From the NCBI GenBank assembly GCA_964016885.1, contig OZ024751.1, forward strand, positions 23,312,001-23,376,000: DNA of 64,000 nt, in the 5' to 3' direction. Positions 1 to 14,245 of the stretch are shown here, in pieces. A program made the translations under genes and the position numbers. Numbering within the stretch: the stretch's first letter is position 1; each line of letters opens with the position of its first letter. The DNA comes from Eledone cirrhosa (Eukaryota). The notes under the pieces are model-generated. The model worked only from the letters and a program-made list of their open reading frames with translations. It was not told where the DNA came from and did not search any database.

Positions 1-127
1 TATATATATATATACATATATAAACATAGATAAGAACGTGCATACATACATGTTATATAACTCAAGTTCGTTATTAAAAGAATTTATTAAGAATTTAAAA
101 AGGAGGAGAAATTGTAAGTGTACTTAC

Positions 128-204
128 ATTGTATGATTTGACAAAGTCGATACATACACCGTGCAGCGAGAGGATAGAGCTCTAGAATATAACAAGATGG
201 AGAC
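128..204 (-). CDS. Candidate next exon (77 nt, phase 0-2): VSILLYSRALSSRCTVYVSTLSNHT
   Basis: Minus strand reads ttctattcag|GTCTCC...TACAAT|gtaagt. Open in phase 0 as the previous exon requires, and supplies a second Cys. Confidence 0.6.
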
Positions 205-303
205 CTGAATAGAATTCATTAACGTTGTATTATTATGCATGGAACTCGGTGTCATATAGATCAACTTAAGCCTATGTAGAAATCCAAAAGAGTTTTATGT
301 ATA

Positions 304-334
<31 letters not shown>

Positions 335-385
335 GTATGTGTATAGCAAGAATTATATGTATATCATATATCTATATATCTATAT

Positions 386-422
<37 letters not shown>

Positions 423-498
423 TATATATGGATATATATATATATATATAGACATATATATATATATATCCATATATCATATATATCTATATCTATAA

Positions 499-546
<48 letters not shown>

Positions 547-632
547 ATCCATATATCAAATATATATGCATATATCATATATATATATATCCATATCATA
601 TATACACATATCTATATACATATATATACACA

Positions 633-675
<43 letters not shown>

Positions 676-1049
676 ACACATATATATATATATGTACATA
701 TATATATATATATATATACACTTATATATATATATGAACAGCAATCAATAACACTCCCACAGAGGAGTGAGAGAAAGAAAGAAAGTCAGAGATATCGAGA
801 TGATAATAGAGAGAGAGAAATTTTAGCAAGTAGGAGAGAGGTAATCTGGAAGAATTGGTATGCAAAATTAGTTACAATCGTAATCCATAGCTAAAAAAAA
901 AAAAAAAAAAATTATGCCTCGCTAAATAAGTCATTGTGAACTGGGCAACGGTTGTGTCACGAAAGTACGACACCTCTAGTTGACGATGCTGGATTTCTCT
1001 GAGTATAGCTATCATATCCGTTATAGCCATCTATCAACACATGTATAGG

Positions 1050-1240
1050 CGTAACGAAGTCGGATAGAATGCTTTGGGATATTCATTCCGGATTTCTGTA
1101 TTCAAAGTTCAAATCTCACCGAAGCTAGCTTTGACTTTCACCCTTCCATGGTTGATAAAATAAAAAAAAAATAAACGTTGTCGTGAATTACTGAGTTGAT
1201 TTTAACCAGCTTTTCTAACCCCCTTTCAAATTTTCTGGCT
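1050..1240 (+). mobile_element. Degenerate tRNA-derived SINE (main family)
   Basis: gttcaaatctcaccgaagctagctttgactttcacccttccatggttgataaaataa resembles the consensus of the better copies. Confidence 0.65.
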
Positions 1241-1244
1241 TCAA

Positions 1245-1435
1245 TCCATTCTTTTGGAGGCCTCTAGTTACTATTTCTATTCAGAGAGCTCCATTTGCAA
1301 AAACTGCTTGGTTTACATCTCTTGCGAAGTCGTGCAACAAGCTACTATGTTTCCAAATATCCGAAGATTATATAGTTTGGGTATATCTTTTCATGATCAA
1401 AATATTTTTTTTAAGTCGAGATACACCACATCACT
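1245..1435 (-). pseudogene. Decayed CR1-type LINE reverse-transcriptase fragment
   Basis: Minus translation gives DVVYLDLKK..FD and QAVFANGAL*IEIVTRGLQK, matching CR1 motifs DVVYLDFxKAFD and QxVxxNGxxSxxxxVTSGVPQG, with stops and frameshifts. Confidence 0.6.
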
Positions 1436-1660
1436 CTCTGCAATTCGCTATTTGTTATCTTCACTCTTAGCAATACTCCACTCATTCACCTTACCATTCT
1501 CCCTTTTTGCTCTTTCCATACTTCAATGCTTTTCCACATTCTGCGTATTCTGAACATATTTCACCTATATCTTGCTACCAAAAATTATGACATTTCTCCC
1601 ACACATATTCTATATATTTCCATTCAGTTTCAGTGACAATCCTCTCCTCATTAACTCGTT
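1436..1660 (-). pseudogene. Decayed RTE-type LINE fragment
   Basis: Minus translation gives RRGLSLKLNGNIYRICV and ERAKGRMVR*MSGVLLRVKITNSELQR, like the RTE post-RT region. Confidence 0.5.
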
Positions 1661-2369
1661 CCACAGTTGCCAGAACCTCTGACAAAACTTAAAATGTACA
1701 GCAAATTACCAAATTTACATCAAAATCCAATCCGTGCATCAAATTGTAATTGGCAATTTATACATACAAAAGGTAAATGCAAAATAAAAATAAGATATAT
1801 AACAAACTTTCATTTTAAGCCATTGTTAATATAATAAAGTTTATTTTCATAAAAAGATTTAAACACTTTAATATCATTTTGTATTTTAGAATCAGTTTCA
1901 GGTGGTTTCGTACCAAACATTATTACAGTACAAAGTTTAGATTTTAAGATTCAACAATTAAAATACACTTATGTTTTTTAAGATATATTTTATAAAATCT
2001 TCCTAATGGTAAATAATTAACTTACATTTTAGTGTAAAGAAAATATTATGTTAAATGTTTGGCTACATACACAAAAAGGAGGTGGGAGAAGCGAGTAAGA
2101 GAAATATATAATCAAAGATAGCGGCAACTGAATAGAGATGTTTATATTTCCCATTTCCATGGATTTCAAATACCCCACTTTGAAATCCTTTAACGGTGAC
2201 ACGTAGTTGACTTTCAAATTACAAATTAAATTAAATGACGGTTATCACGAACTATTTAATTTCATCCCGAGAAGAAACAGCAACGGAATTATTTCAAATT
2301 AAGAGTTTCTTAGTCTCTGTTAAATGCATTAATCTCTGAACATAGGAATATATATATAGAAATATATAT

Positions 2370-2768
2370 ATCTAAAATTAAATTAATGGTGTCATGTCCG
2401 AGAGACATGCGCCATATACACTGTAGAATATGCTCAAAGATTCCAATGAATAGATCCGAGCATTTTATATCAACTAGAAATTGATTGACATATATATATA
2501 TTTAAAATAAACATATAAAACAATCACAGGGGATAATTTGTAAAGTGTGACAGACAGTACACAGCTAGATAGGTAACTAATTAAAGTTTAATTAGAACTT
2601 CAAATATGATTAATCATTTTAAAAGGTATCTATATTTGAAGTTCTAATTAAACTTTAATTAGTTACCTATCTAGCTGTGCTGTCTGTCACACTTTACAAA
2701 TTATCCCCTGTGATTGTTTCACATGTTTATTTTAAATATATATATGTCACTCAATTTCTAGTTGATAT
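2370..2768. repeat. Fold-back element: ~140-bp inverted arms (~2467-2607 / 2632-2768) with a unique extension on the left, between TA tracts
   Basis: caactagaaatt...gaacttcaaatat is mirrored by atatttgaagttc...aatttctagttg. No hammerhead core seen. Confidence 0.85.
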
Positions 2769-2770
2769 AG

Positions 2771-2827
<57 letters not shown>

Positions 2828-2831
2828 TAAG

Positions 2832-3218
2832 TAGGCTGCTCAGCCGTTAATATGCATAAGGAAAGTATATACTTTCAGATGTTCAATCATCTGGCAGGAA
2901 GATATACGTTGCTGACGATAGCTAATAAGCTTCAAACTAGTACAGCGTTCCTTTGTCAGTGTTGAACAAATGAGCAACGATGGTTGCTAGACACTGTACG
3001 GCTTAATTCGGGATGTTTGATTACAAACACACCGAGCATTATAATAAATGTTCGGTGAATCCATACGTACATATATATATGTGTGCATGTATGTATATAT
3101 ATATATACATACTACTGTACGTCTGTATACATATATGTATGTACGTATACATACTTATATTTAAGTAACAGCCGTACTAAGAGTGAGAAATGAAATTTCG
3201 TTTCATTTTTTCCGTTTA
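2832..3218 (+). mobile_element. Family F hammerhead-bearing element; ribozyme 2906-2948 has GAAA mutated to CAAA
   Basis: acgttg CTGACGA tagctaataagctt cAAA CTAG TA cagcgt. Related copies at 34802-35207 and 50692-50976. Confidence 0.8.
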
Positions 3219-3234
3219 TATATATATATATATA

Positions 3235-3414
3235 TAACGAAGGAAATGTGGTAAGGAACCAGATGGACCATAACGCACCAAAGTACTCAATACTTAGGGT
3301 AGTAGAGTGGGTAATAGGAACGAGTAGGACCCCGACGGCTGAGCTCAAGCCGTTTCGATGGCTAATTCTAAGTCGAAACGGCTTGAGCTCAGCCGTCGGG
3401 GTCCTACTCGTTCC

Positions 3415-3417
<3 letters not shown>
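3235..3417 (-). mobile_element. TAACGAAGG-family tail plus hairpin element carrying a hammerhead 3' half
   Basis: Repeated about 11 times in the window. GAAA cggct-tgagctc-agccg TC ggggtc. Inverted arm ends at (TA)n. Confidence 0.85.
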
Positions 3418-3435
<18 letters not shown>

Positions 3436-3445
<10 letters not shown>

Positions 3446-3776
3446 AGATCAAAAGATGGTTAAATGAGTTCCATGTATTTTATTATGCGCATTTCAAAAA
3501 CAAATATCATCATGCAATAACATTTGTGTTTTCATCAGATAAAATAGGAAGACATGATATGAAGGTTAAAAACACTTGTGGATAGTGCAGTTTTAAATCA
3601 ACATATTATTGCATGATGATATTTGTTATTGAAATGCGCATAATAAAATACATGGAATTCATTTAACCATCTTTTGATCTTATATATTATGTATACTCCA
3701 GTCCTACAAACTGTAGAGTGCTTCTTATCCGATATCTGCATTGCTTTATTGTACTACAATAAAACTCACCTCCTAC
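3436..3776. mobile_element. Family A Penelope-like module: inverted arm plus direct arm plus tail
   Basis: 3436-3525 mirrors 3601-3690. Tail 3691-3776 recurs in reverse at 36521-36590. Confidence 0.85.
3476..3546 (-). ncRNA. Minimal type I hammerhead ribozyme (family A)
   Basis: Minus strand: tattttat CTGATGA aaacacaaatgttatt-gc-atgatgatatttgttttt GAAA TGCGCA TA ataaaata. 8-bp helix I, palindromic helix III. Confidence 0.88.
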
Positions 3777-3800
3777 ATATATATATATATATATATATAT

Positions 3801-3884
3801 AAACAAGAAGTGTAAGTCAACAGGCTAAAATTAACTTCATTTATTTATATTCAGTTATATATAAATACACACACACGCACACAC

Positions 3885-3970
<86 letters not shown>

Positions 3971-4067
3971 GTATGTAAACAAGAAGTGTAAGTCAAGAGG
4001 CTAAAATTAACTTCGTTTATTTATATTTACTGTTATATATAAATACACACACACAGACGCACACACA

Positions 4068-4133
<66 letters not shown>

Positions 4134-4225
4134 CACATACACAGAAACAGGCATACACACACACATATATATACACACAGACACACTCACACACACACAT
4201 ATATATATACATACACAGACACACA
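3801..4225 (+). repeat. Tandem duplication of a ~68-bp unique segment plus (CA)n
   Basis: aaacaagaagtgtaagtcaa...tatataaatac at 3801 and 3977. Confidence 0.8.
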
Positions 4226-4517
4226 CAGAAAGGGACCCAGCAGTCAACGAGCTGCTAAAAGAGCTGCTACCAAGATGAAAACTACTGTGAAATCCCACAA
4301 TGAATTTTATACTTGAATTTTCAAATCTCAAATTTTAACTCTTCTTATTAATTTTTCTTAATATTAATCAACATTTGAAAAGATGGCTTTTGCAGACCCA
4401 TCGAAACCGGTCATTTTTTATAGCCTTTATTATTTCCTTACCTTATAAAATTATATGTTTTTTCACAAAAAAGTATTCTGTCTCTTATATATTCCATGTG
4501 CCATTACCAACCTCAAT

Positions 4518-4583
<66 letters not shown>

Positions 4584-4682
4584 CATACACAAACACACAC
4601 AAACACATACGTGTACTGACACCCCCACACGCAGTTTGTTGTTAAACTCTTCCATATTTATTTAATAGTTGATTCAACTTAC

Positions 4683-4819
4683 TGTCCGTGTTTTCAAATC
4701 TCCATTGACCACAAGTCTTTCAGTTGAGCTATCATACCTCAAATACTCCGTGTCACCCTCGTTCATAAATATTTTATGGGTGTTATCTTTCGGTGGCTGG
4801 AATTGTTGAATTAGGGAAC
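4683..4819 (-). CDS. Coding exon (137 nt, phase 1-0) of the same gene: (G)[45 protein letters not shown]
   Basis: Minus strand reads tttctatttccag|GTTCCC...CGGACA|gtaagt. Phase matches the 27578-27649 exon. GDxxYxxxDxxxxxLxVxxxL pattern resembles the middle of a cadherin repeat. Confidence 0.8.
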
Positions 4820-4855
4820 CTGGAAATAGAAAGCAAATTTCTATTTAAAACGGTG

Positions 4856-4952
<97 letters not shown>

Positions 4953-4984
4953 TCACTAATAAATATATATATATAAACATCGGG

Positions 4985-5513
<529 letters not shown>

Positions 5514-5699
5514 GCTTATGTTGACTGAAGAAAATACTACATATTTTCAACCGTTCAACAGACTGGCAGAGGTATACAGAGTTATACAATCAGACCTACC
5601 AACTTCTAAAAACCCAAAAGGGGAATACCATGAAAAACAAATACCCCCCCCCTCCCACATGGAGAGAAATGAGGCAAAATGGGGAGATTTGACATAATG

Positions 5700-5885
5700 G
5701 TTTCTACGTTAGGCACAAGGCCAGCAATTACCCAGTGCATTACTGGTACTTTATTTTATCGACCCCGTAAGGATGAAAGGCAAAGTCAACCTCGGCGGGA
5801 TTTGAACTCAGATCATAAAGGGACGTAACTATGCTGGAAAGCATGGCGTCCGACCCTCTACCGATACTGCCAATCCACCGCTAAA
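5700..5885 (-). mobile_element. tRNA-derived SINE (main family) with target-site duplication
   Basis: A-box TGGCAGTATCGG, B-box GAGTTCAAATCC, core GCCTTTCATCCTTACGGGGTCGATAAAAT. TSD ggggagattt(g/t)acataatg at 5681-5699 and 5886-5904. Confidence 0.92.
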
Positions 5886-6440
5886 GGGGAGATTTTACAT
5901 AATGAAAGCTATACCCATTTTCACAAGAGAAGACATCTCTCACCCACCCCATAGTGGGTGGGAGAGCTCCCCCTTCGGACGGAAGGTTTGTAGTATATAT
6001 CATTAAATATTAGTTTATAGAGCTCTCTCGTAATCCTCTCCATCAAAATGACTTTCTTGTATTTTAAAAAGAAATGACTTGTTAATACTCCTTAATGAGT
6101 CGATAATTACGTTTGTTGATACATGTTGAACTTATATATGGGGAAGACATTAGCTTCTATTGTCACGAATATATTTAACCTGTAAAAAAGATTCACGCTG
6201 AGGTTCATTTAATTTCAACTGATACAATTCGTAGCTGCACTTTCTACACAGTTAACTAGTTAGCAGAAAACTGACAGACCCCGCAGACATATTTATTAAT
6301 CTATTTTGATACAAGCATGCCTTAAGCTACTTGGTTCACTATTTTCCTACACAATATAGAGTTCAAATAAACTTTAGTGTATAAGAACTCTTTCGTATAC
6401 CCAGCAGAAAGAAAATGAAATTTCTTGCGTGTGTATGTAA

Positions 6441-6510
<70 letters not shown>

Positions 6511-6551
6511 TTATTTCATGAATAAGAAATACAAGATGTAAAAACTCGTCG

Positions 6552-6616
<65 letters not shown>

Positions 6617-6642
6617 TATACATATATATACATCATATATAT

Positions 6643-6673
<31 letters not shown>

Positions 6674-6680
6674 CATATAT

Positions 6681-7240
6681 ATTGGTAAAAGGAAAAGAAA
6701 ATGCTGACAAATTGTTCCCAGTGAAAAATAGTTTAATTAAGAATAAGTAAAAATTAGTAATAAGTATTGGTTAGTATTAAGTTTTGGTTTTAAGTTTTTA
6801 CCGGTTGCGCATTTCTAATGCTTTTCAAAAATAATTTTGAGATAGAGCGCCCGTGATGTTTGCTCTAATCTGATTAGTTTTGGAAATTCTACCTGTTATA
6901 TGTGAAAAAAGTGGCTCCAGATGTATTAAAATAAGTTTCGCGCCAATTCGTGTTGCAAAAATTCTTGTGGTCAAAACAATTTTGATTGGTCGGTAGAGGT
7001 CATGTGAATGTTAAAAATCGATTTTGCGCCAAATGTAGGTTTGTCTCGGCTGATTGAGTAGTCACTGAAAAATAAGCCTTTCAAGACAAATATGTGTGTG
7101 TGTGTGTGTGTGTAACCAATACTTATTACTAATTTTTACTTATTCCTAATTAAACTATTTTTCACTGGGAACAATTTGTCAGCATTTTCTTTTCCTTTTA
7201 CCAATATCATAAATCGTGTGTTACACCTCTATTCTTTTAA
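6681..7240. mobile_element. Inverted-arm element (6681-6773 / 7113-7206) with short tail
   Basis: attggtaaaagg...gtattggtta is mirrored by taaccaatac...cttttaccaat. Flanked by TA tracts. Confidence 0.8.
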
Positions 7241-7340
7241 ATATACATATATATATACATATATATATACATATATATACATATATATATACATATATAT
7301 ATACATATATATATATACATATATATACATATATATATAC

Positions 7341-7387
<47 letters not shown>

Positions 7388-7406
7388 TATATACATATAT
7401 ATATAT

Positions 7407-7455
<49 letters not shown>

Positions 7456-7535
7456 CAGGGTGTCCCCAGTAAAATGTATACACACTTCAACAGCATTCGA
7501 ATAAATGTGTGTATACATTTTTGGGACACACCCTG
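7456..7535. mobile_element. 80-bp Tc1/mariner-type MITE
   Basis: TA|CAGGGTGTCCC...GGGACACACCCTG|TA. Almost entirely terminal inverted repeat. Confidence 0.8.
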
Positions 7536-7539
7536 TATG

Positions 7540-7663
<124 letters not shown>

Positions 7664-8384
7664 AAACTTCGAGTTTTTGCATCTCTGTATTTGCCTTATT
7701 CATTAAAAAAGAAACATATATATACATACTTACATACACACAAGAATATAAACTTCGAGTGAGTAGTAGACAATTCTATTGAACAGCGTGAGAGTTTGAA
7801 AATTGAACAAAGAGCGTAAAAAGGTGTAAAAGGTGTTGAATGTACAAAAAAACCTGCCTAAAACCTAAACAATGTGTGGACGAGAAAAATATATTTACAC
7901 CGAATGGAAAAATAAGAAAAAAATTTGAGTTCTTGGTTAAATCATTTAAGTAAAGTAAGAGGAAAAAGTGATAGGAATAACAATAACATTTTTTTTCTAA
8001 AATGACATGGAATCTATTGAATTATCAATTTGGGGCATTGAGTGTGAATGGGTTTCATAGAAGTGTAAGTAACTAGAACGTAGAACTCTAAAACAGCTGA
8101 CTGGTGTAAATAATCATAGCATACAGAATTAGGTAAACAACCCCTTTTATGGACGGAAAATGAGGTCTATTTTACAACATAGTCCCTGAAAAGAAACAAT
8201 GCAGTTATTAATAAGAAAAATCGAAATTAACACTTGCAAGATTTCACAGTTCTAGCATCACTCTATCATAGTCAGCCTATGTACTTTCCCGCCGAATTTC
8301 GTACACACGACATAGATTAGCCAATGTGAAGTATGAAATGTATTCTTATCATGCCCTTTCTTCTTCACAAACTCAATCTCACAG

Positions 8385-8990
8385 GCGTGGATTGGCAGTA
8401 TCGGTAGAGGGTCGGACGTCATGCTTTGACGCATAGAATTACGGCCCTTTCCATTCTGAGTTCAAATCCCGCCGAGGTCAACTTTGCCTTTCATCCTTAC
8501 GGGGTCGATAAAATAAAATACCAGCGATGCACTGGTATAATCGCTGGCCTTGTACCAAAAGTAGAAACTTAGGACGGTGGCAGTATCGGTAGAGAGTCGG
8601 ACGCCATGCTTTTCAGCATAGAGTTACGGCCCTTTACGGTCTGAGTTCAACTCCCGCAGAGGTTAACGTTGCCTTTCATCCTTACGGAGTCGATAAAATA
8701 AAGTACCAGTAATACACTGGGATAATTGCTGGCCTTGTACCAAAAGTAGAAACAATTATTAATATTAAGGGCGGTGGATTGGCAGTATTGGGAGAGGGTC
8801 GGATGCATAGAATTGCAGTATAGAGTTACGGTTCTTTATGAAATGAGTTCAAATCCCACCGAGGTTAACTTTGCCTTTCATCATTGTGGGGTCGATAAAA
8901 TAAAGCACCAGTAACGTACTGGAGTCGATTTAATCGACTTTCCACTTCCCCAAAATTGCTTGCCTTGTGTCTATATAAGAAACCATTATT
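8385..8990 (+). mobile_element. Three head-to-tail SINE copies (main family)
   Basis: tggcagtat(c/t)gg...gagttcaa...gtcgataaaataaa...agaaac occurs three times. Confidence 0.92.
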
Positions 8991-9388
8991 AATATTAATG
9001 GAAATACTTGTTTTCGTTTTGATTTGAAAACATTTACATATTTTAAACTAGAAAAAACTGACAGATGTAAAACAAACCGGCAAAGAAAACGAAAGACAGA
9101 TGAAAAATAGAACGGTTAAGAAGACGTTACCAAACTTTTGTATTACCTTTCTGATGAATTATTCTGAAATTTTCTTAATATAAAAAATATAGATTTTTTC
9201 TCCTCTATTTATTTTATTTCGGAGTAAAATAAACAAGTTTGAATAAATATGCATAATTTAAAAAAAACTTAAATGTATTTCACGATTGCTTAACAACATA
9301 ATATCGGGCTGCTTTCCAAGCAATTGATTAATACTGAATTGATGTAAAATATCTTACAATAAAAAATCTGCGTAAACATATATTGAAT

Positions 9389-9463
<75 letters not shown>

Positions 9464-10369
9464 AATAACCAGGTTGAATCAAACAAATTATGTTTATATT
9501 GATCTTCCTAGACTTTTCCTATAACTGTAGACGGAATTCCAACTCAGAACGCATAAAGCCGGGACAGAAACTGCAAAACAACCTGTTAAAAGTTTTAACA
9601 ATCGGCAATTCACAGAACTCTTGACAGATAACTTTATTTGTCGACCTTCAAAAGGATGAAAAGCAAAGTTGATCTCGGTGCGATTTAAACTCAGAGTGTA
9701 GAGAACCGAAACAAACAAGGATTCATTGAATCAAACGTTCTACGGATTCTGCTATTTCACCTCATTAGGTTATCTAACATTTACATTCAACCACAAGCAT
9801 TGAGCACTCTAATGTATAACAACTTTCAGCTATATGGTAAACAAATAAAACAAATTCTATTTGATTTTTTTTTGTGTGTTTATGGTTTTTGTAATACAAT
9901 ACTTTTGTTGCAATGTTTATTGGAAAGCAATGTACTACATTTTAGAACAACAAATTATTTTGACTATAGTTATAATTTGTTTTCCTTTTTTAAATTCATC
10001 ATTCTAATTCATTTCTAATTTCCCGAGATAGCAATTCGTTTTAGCTTGTTGATATCCGTCATTTCTGTACATTTCTAATCCTTCATGCTTAACATTTTAT
10101 TTTAAATATTTTTTTTCGCATTTAGATTTTAAGTGTTGCAATATTTGTTTGAAGGAGAGAAAAAAGGTCCATAAATTAGAGAGCGAAACAACTGCCTACA
10201 AAATTGCTCAACGAAGTCAAAATTTGAGAAGAACAAGGTGAAATATTTAAAAAGATAAAAGTGCTATTTTAATTAGAAATAAAGGCAAACGGTGATTAAT
10301 GATTAAGATAATTGTTTAGAAAGGAAAACTCTACATTATATTGACAAATCAGTTTTACCAACTGTTCTA

Positions 10370-10540
10370 AACCGAAGGCTAATCAGGCCGGCGTTTATCT
10401 TCGGTTTCTTTGGCGTTAAGTGACAGAGAATACGAGACTGTCCCTGGATAGGACACCGTTCTATCACAGGTTTAACTAAATAGCAATTGCTGGTACTCAC
10501 TCCCGACTGAGTGCACTGGAGCAACGTAAAAACGAACACA
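10370..10540 (-). mobile_element. Partial second-family SINE
   Basis: Reverse complement resembles 11170-11330. Confidence 0.55.
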
Positions 10541-11060
10541 AAAGATAATGAAGAGATTTAGTGATAGACGCTGGGGCGGGATAATCATTTTGCTGTTTGA
10601 CTGGGAGTCGTTCATATATTACGATGCACACTGCAGACCTTTCTGCAATGTCAAGCTCAACACTTCGACCAGAAGAGGGTCTTGTTTTCGATGTTTTATG
10701 ATTGTTAGTCCAACACACTAACTAGGCCACATACACCTTGTACATAGTTATCTATGTATGTATTATTGCTAGAACTCGTCTACAAAAATCTTTGATAAAT
10801 TACTTATTCGCCACTTCTTAACTGCATGAAAATATGACAAAATTGGTCTGTCAACGAATCTACTCAAGTCTAGATTACCAGATTACCATTCAAGATGCTA
10901 CAAGGCTTTTCTTTCTCTATTGAGTAATCTACTAAAATAATGTGTAAACGTACTGCAGAACATTTTCTTCATAAATAATTCTCTAAAATTATATTAAGTT
11001 TGATTACATTTGTAATATGTTTAGCGCTCTTAAATATTTCACCTCCACCTTGTCCTATGT

Positions 11061-11337
11061 GGAGGCGCTTGGCCTAGTGGTAAGGGTGTTGGGCTTACGA
11101 TCATAATGTCATGGGTTTGATTCCTGGACTGGGTTGTGTGGTGCGTTCTTGAGCAAAACACTTCATTTCATGTTGCTCAGATGAAAATGAGTAGCAGCAA
11201 TATCTGAAGGATTTAACCATGTAATGGACTGGTGCCCTGTCCAGGGGGTGAGTATCTCGTACTCCCAGTCGCTTTACGCCACGGACGCCAGAATAGGCAC
11301 TAACCTGATGAGTCTCCGGCTCAAGACAGACTTTAGT
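11061..11337 (+). mobile_element. tRNA-derived SINE, second family
   Basis: A-box tggcctagtgg, B-box gggtttgattcc, then cttgagcaaaacactt and atggactggtgccctgtccagggg blocks. Confidence 0.8.
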
Positions 11338-11924
11338 CTCTAGATCTCATCATATCTCTGCCTTTGTGTCATGATTGTGAAGCCAGTGTTTTCGCAAGAC
11401 TCAAACATCATTCTCTCCTTGAAACAAACATCATAATAGATTTTAATGTTTCAATTCAAGAACAAAAGTAAAAGACAAATAGTAAATAAAATAAAATAAC
11501 ATATTTTAGCTCACTGAAATAAATTGATATTTCAAGAACAATATATTAAAAGAAATTTGAAAAGGAACACTTGAAATTAGTTGAAACTAACTATAGTTAC
11601 AATAGGTTTGTTGCGTGAAAATACAGTACACTGCCTTTCAATAAGCACAGCTACAACAATATCGTATTAAAAGTCCGTGGTAGACAAAATAAATTCGTGT
11701 TTTATATGTATGAAAGATACCCCTATTGTTAAACCTTATTAAACACGGGAATACTTACTGCTTCTGTATAAATGTACATGATTGTGTTTTAAATACATTT
11801 TAAATATCCAGCAGTTAAGTTTATTAGATGTACGTTCTTTTAGAGACTTATTTACCGGATTAATATATTATAAGGTAATTACACCGACTTATAGCACAAA
11901 AAGAGACACTTAATATACATGTCG

Positions 11925-11955
<31 letters not shown>

Positions 11956-11956
11956 G

Positions 11957-12177
11957 TGTAAAGTTATATTTAAAATTGTTGGGTTACAACTAGTAAATAT
12001 TTATTTAAATGAAGTTGATGTTTATTACGGTATGTCGAATATATTTATCTATAAAACTGTTTATATTGTATTTTGTCTGATGAAGGCATAGCATATTGTT
12101 AATATGATATCCCCGAAATATATATAATGAAATAAATATGGTTTTATAAATATAGTTTTCCATTTATTTAATATTGT
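11957..12177 (+). mobile_element. Family C module with one arm missing (tail joined directly to the hammerhead arm)
   Basis: Matches 48888-48935 then 49180-49363. Confidence 0.85.
12069..12134 (+). ncRNA. Minimal type I hammerhead ribozyme (family C)
   Basis: tattttgt CTGATGA aggcatag-catatt-gtt-aatatg-atatcccc GAAA TATATA TA atgaaata. Confidence 0.82.
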
Positions 12178-12191
12178 ATATATATATATAT

Positions 12192-12549
12192 AGTAATAAA
12201 CAGGACGAAGTGTTAGATTTTCATTACATTTATTGAGGTGTGATGCGCGTTTCGCGATTGATCAGCTCTAGGCTCGACCTGTATCGAACTGGCCAAACTC
12301 TGGATTCAAAAGCTTGTCCAACGAGCTTTTGATTCCAGTGTCGGGCCAGATCGATAGAGATCGACCTTTGAGCTGATCAATTGAGAAACGCGCGTCACAT
12401 CTCAATAAATGTAATGAAGATCTAACACCTCGTGATTTTTATTATTATTATAATTACTCTGCTTAGTACATCACCAATATACCTACTGGAAAGTACGCAT
12501 CGGGTGCTCACTTTGGAGGAGCCTACAGTAACTGGACGTTACAATCACT

Positions 12550-12550
<1 letters not shown>
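12192..12550 (+). mobile_element. Imperfect ~230-bp hairpin element with hammerhead 3' half and tail
   Basis: Arms 12205-12325 / 12331-12433. GAAA CGCGCG TC acatctc AATAAA on the right arm. Confidence 0.75.
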
Positions 12551-12586
<36 letters not shown>

Positions 12587-13924
12587 CGCACATTTCTCTC
12601 TCTCTCTGGATGTATGTATGTATAAATGTAAGTACAGATATATGTATATGAATGTAAGTATATATATATGTATGCATATAGATATATAGATATGTTTATA
12701 CTTTTATAAAAGAAAGCTTCTGCGTAGGTTGTGTGAAATATATCTCACTAGTTCATCGTTATTTTTGTTGTCGTGTCCTGCATTTTCGCACACACACTAA
12801 AACAAACAAACAAAAAACCCTCCTATTTCAGCAGTTATATCTTTTTCCATGCTTTCTTCTTCAAATCCAACTTTATCGCCGTAGTTTATGTTTTCTGGTG
12901 TAGTACATCATTTTAGCGCGATAACAATTTGTCAGTGGTTTAAATCACTTTTCGATTTAATTTTTAGAATTTAGATTTTTGTAATGTTCATTGCAAGGTG
13001 ATAAAACAGCCGAATTTATGTGAAGCAACTGGTTGCATTAATGCATAAAGAAAGAAACCTGACAAAGCCGTGCTAAAATAGTCTAAAAGATGTATATAAT
13101 CTGTTTTATTACAGATGTAAGTTCAAATGCTTACTAAAGAGATTCTGACGTAACTAAATAAGTTGTTCTATGTAAGTATTCAAAAGAAAATTTAAAGAAA
13201 AGAAAAAGAAACATTGTAGTATTTTGTTGTTAGTCTGGATTATATTTCAGAATAAGTTTGACAAATTCTGTTTTTAAGAGCCAGCGTAGCAAAGGATGCA
13301 TTATTTAGGAAACAATGACATTTTGAGATTTTCGTTGTCGATGACAGTGTGGAAGTAAATGTGAAAAAGTTAGAAGAAAGAAAGGTAAAATGGTATGCTA
13401 CACAAACGAGAAAAGAAACAGATATTCTACCATGTCATTGGAAATATCAATAAGGTAGATACTTATTGAATCGATAGCGAAATGATGAAGACAAACAATG
13501 TAAAGAAATATCAAACGAAGATAACGATAAAAAAATACAATGATATAAAATATGAGAACATTAAACTGATTAGACTAGTAAAGCCTCAACGTTGTCCACC
13601 ACATCAGACTATAAAATGCTGAAATGACTTTAATGAAATATTTCATCAGAATTTTATTAAGTGAAACTATGGTTATGTTAATGACAATGACTAGACATAT
13701 TAAACTTTATTATTGTATTTTTGCCCTATGGGTGTAGCTTTTAAACTAAAGAGAAAATGTGATAAAATCTGTAAAACGTAAATAGCAACAAGAAAGCGAA
13801 AAAGAAAGAAAAGGAAAAGATAAAGAAAAAAAGAAGTTAAGCAACAACGAAATAAATAGGAGGGAGAAGGGAGCGACAGATTTTTCGCTCCAGTCTGGGC
13901 GAAGCTTCGCATATAGAGTTCTTT

Positions 13925-14245
13925 TTCTTCGTCCATTTATTCCTGAGAGGGTCATGGGGTCAGAGTCCTGGAACAAACACTCCTTCCAGTAGGTCCTGTC
14001 AGAAGCAACCGTCTCCAACTGATCCGACTGGATCTCCAAGCGTGACCAGCCAAACTCATGGCTGTTTTCCAACCATCTTGCTCGGGGTCTACCCCTGGGT
14101 CTCCTACCTGTTGGATTTGCCCGTAAAATCTGTCCAGCAATTCTTTCCTGAGACATTCTAACCACTTGCCCATAGTATCAGAGCTTGTGATCTCTCAATT
14201 CGTAGAAGTAGCGGCTCTAGCTGAACTGTCTCTCTGAACTCTGAT
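13925..14245 (-). pseudogene. RTE-clade LINE 3' fragment
   Basis: VVRMSQERIAGQILRANPTGRRPRGRPRARWLE...DRTYWK has the GxRxRGRPRxRW motif typical of RTE C-termini. Confidence 0.85.

Noticed and set aside
8385-8990. tRNA-like A and B boxes
   Set aside because: These are SINE heads with no cloverleaf, not tRNA genes.
9145-9180. CTGATGA-N8-GAAA
   Set aside because: No helix II pairing and no convincing helix III, so probably chance.
11300-11335. CTGATGAG in the SINE tail
   Set aside because: No GAAA box. It is part of the SINE 3' end.
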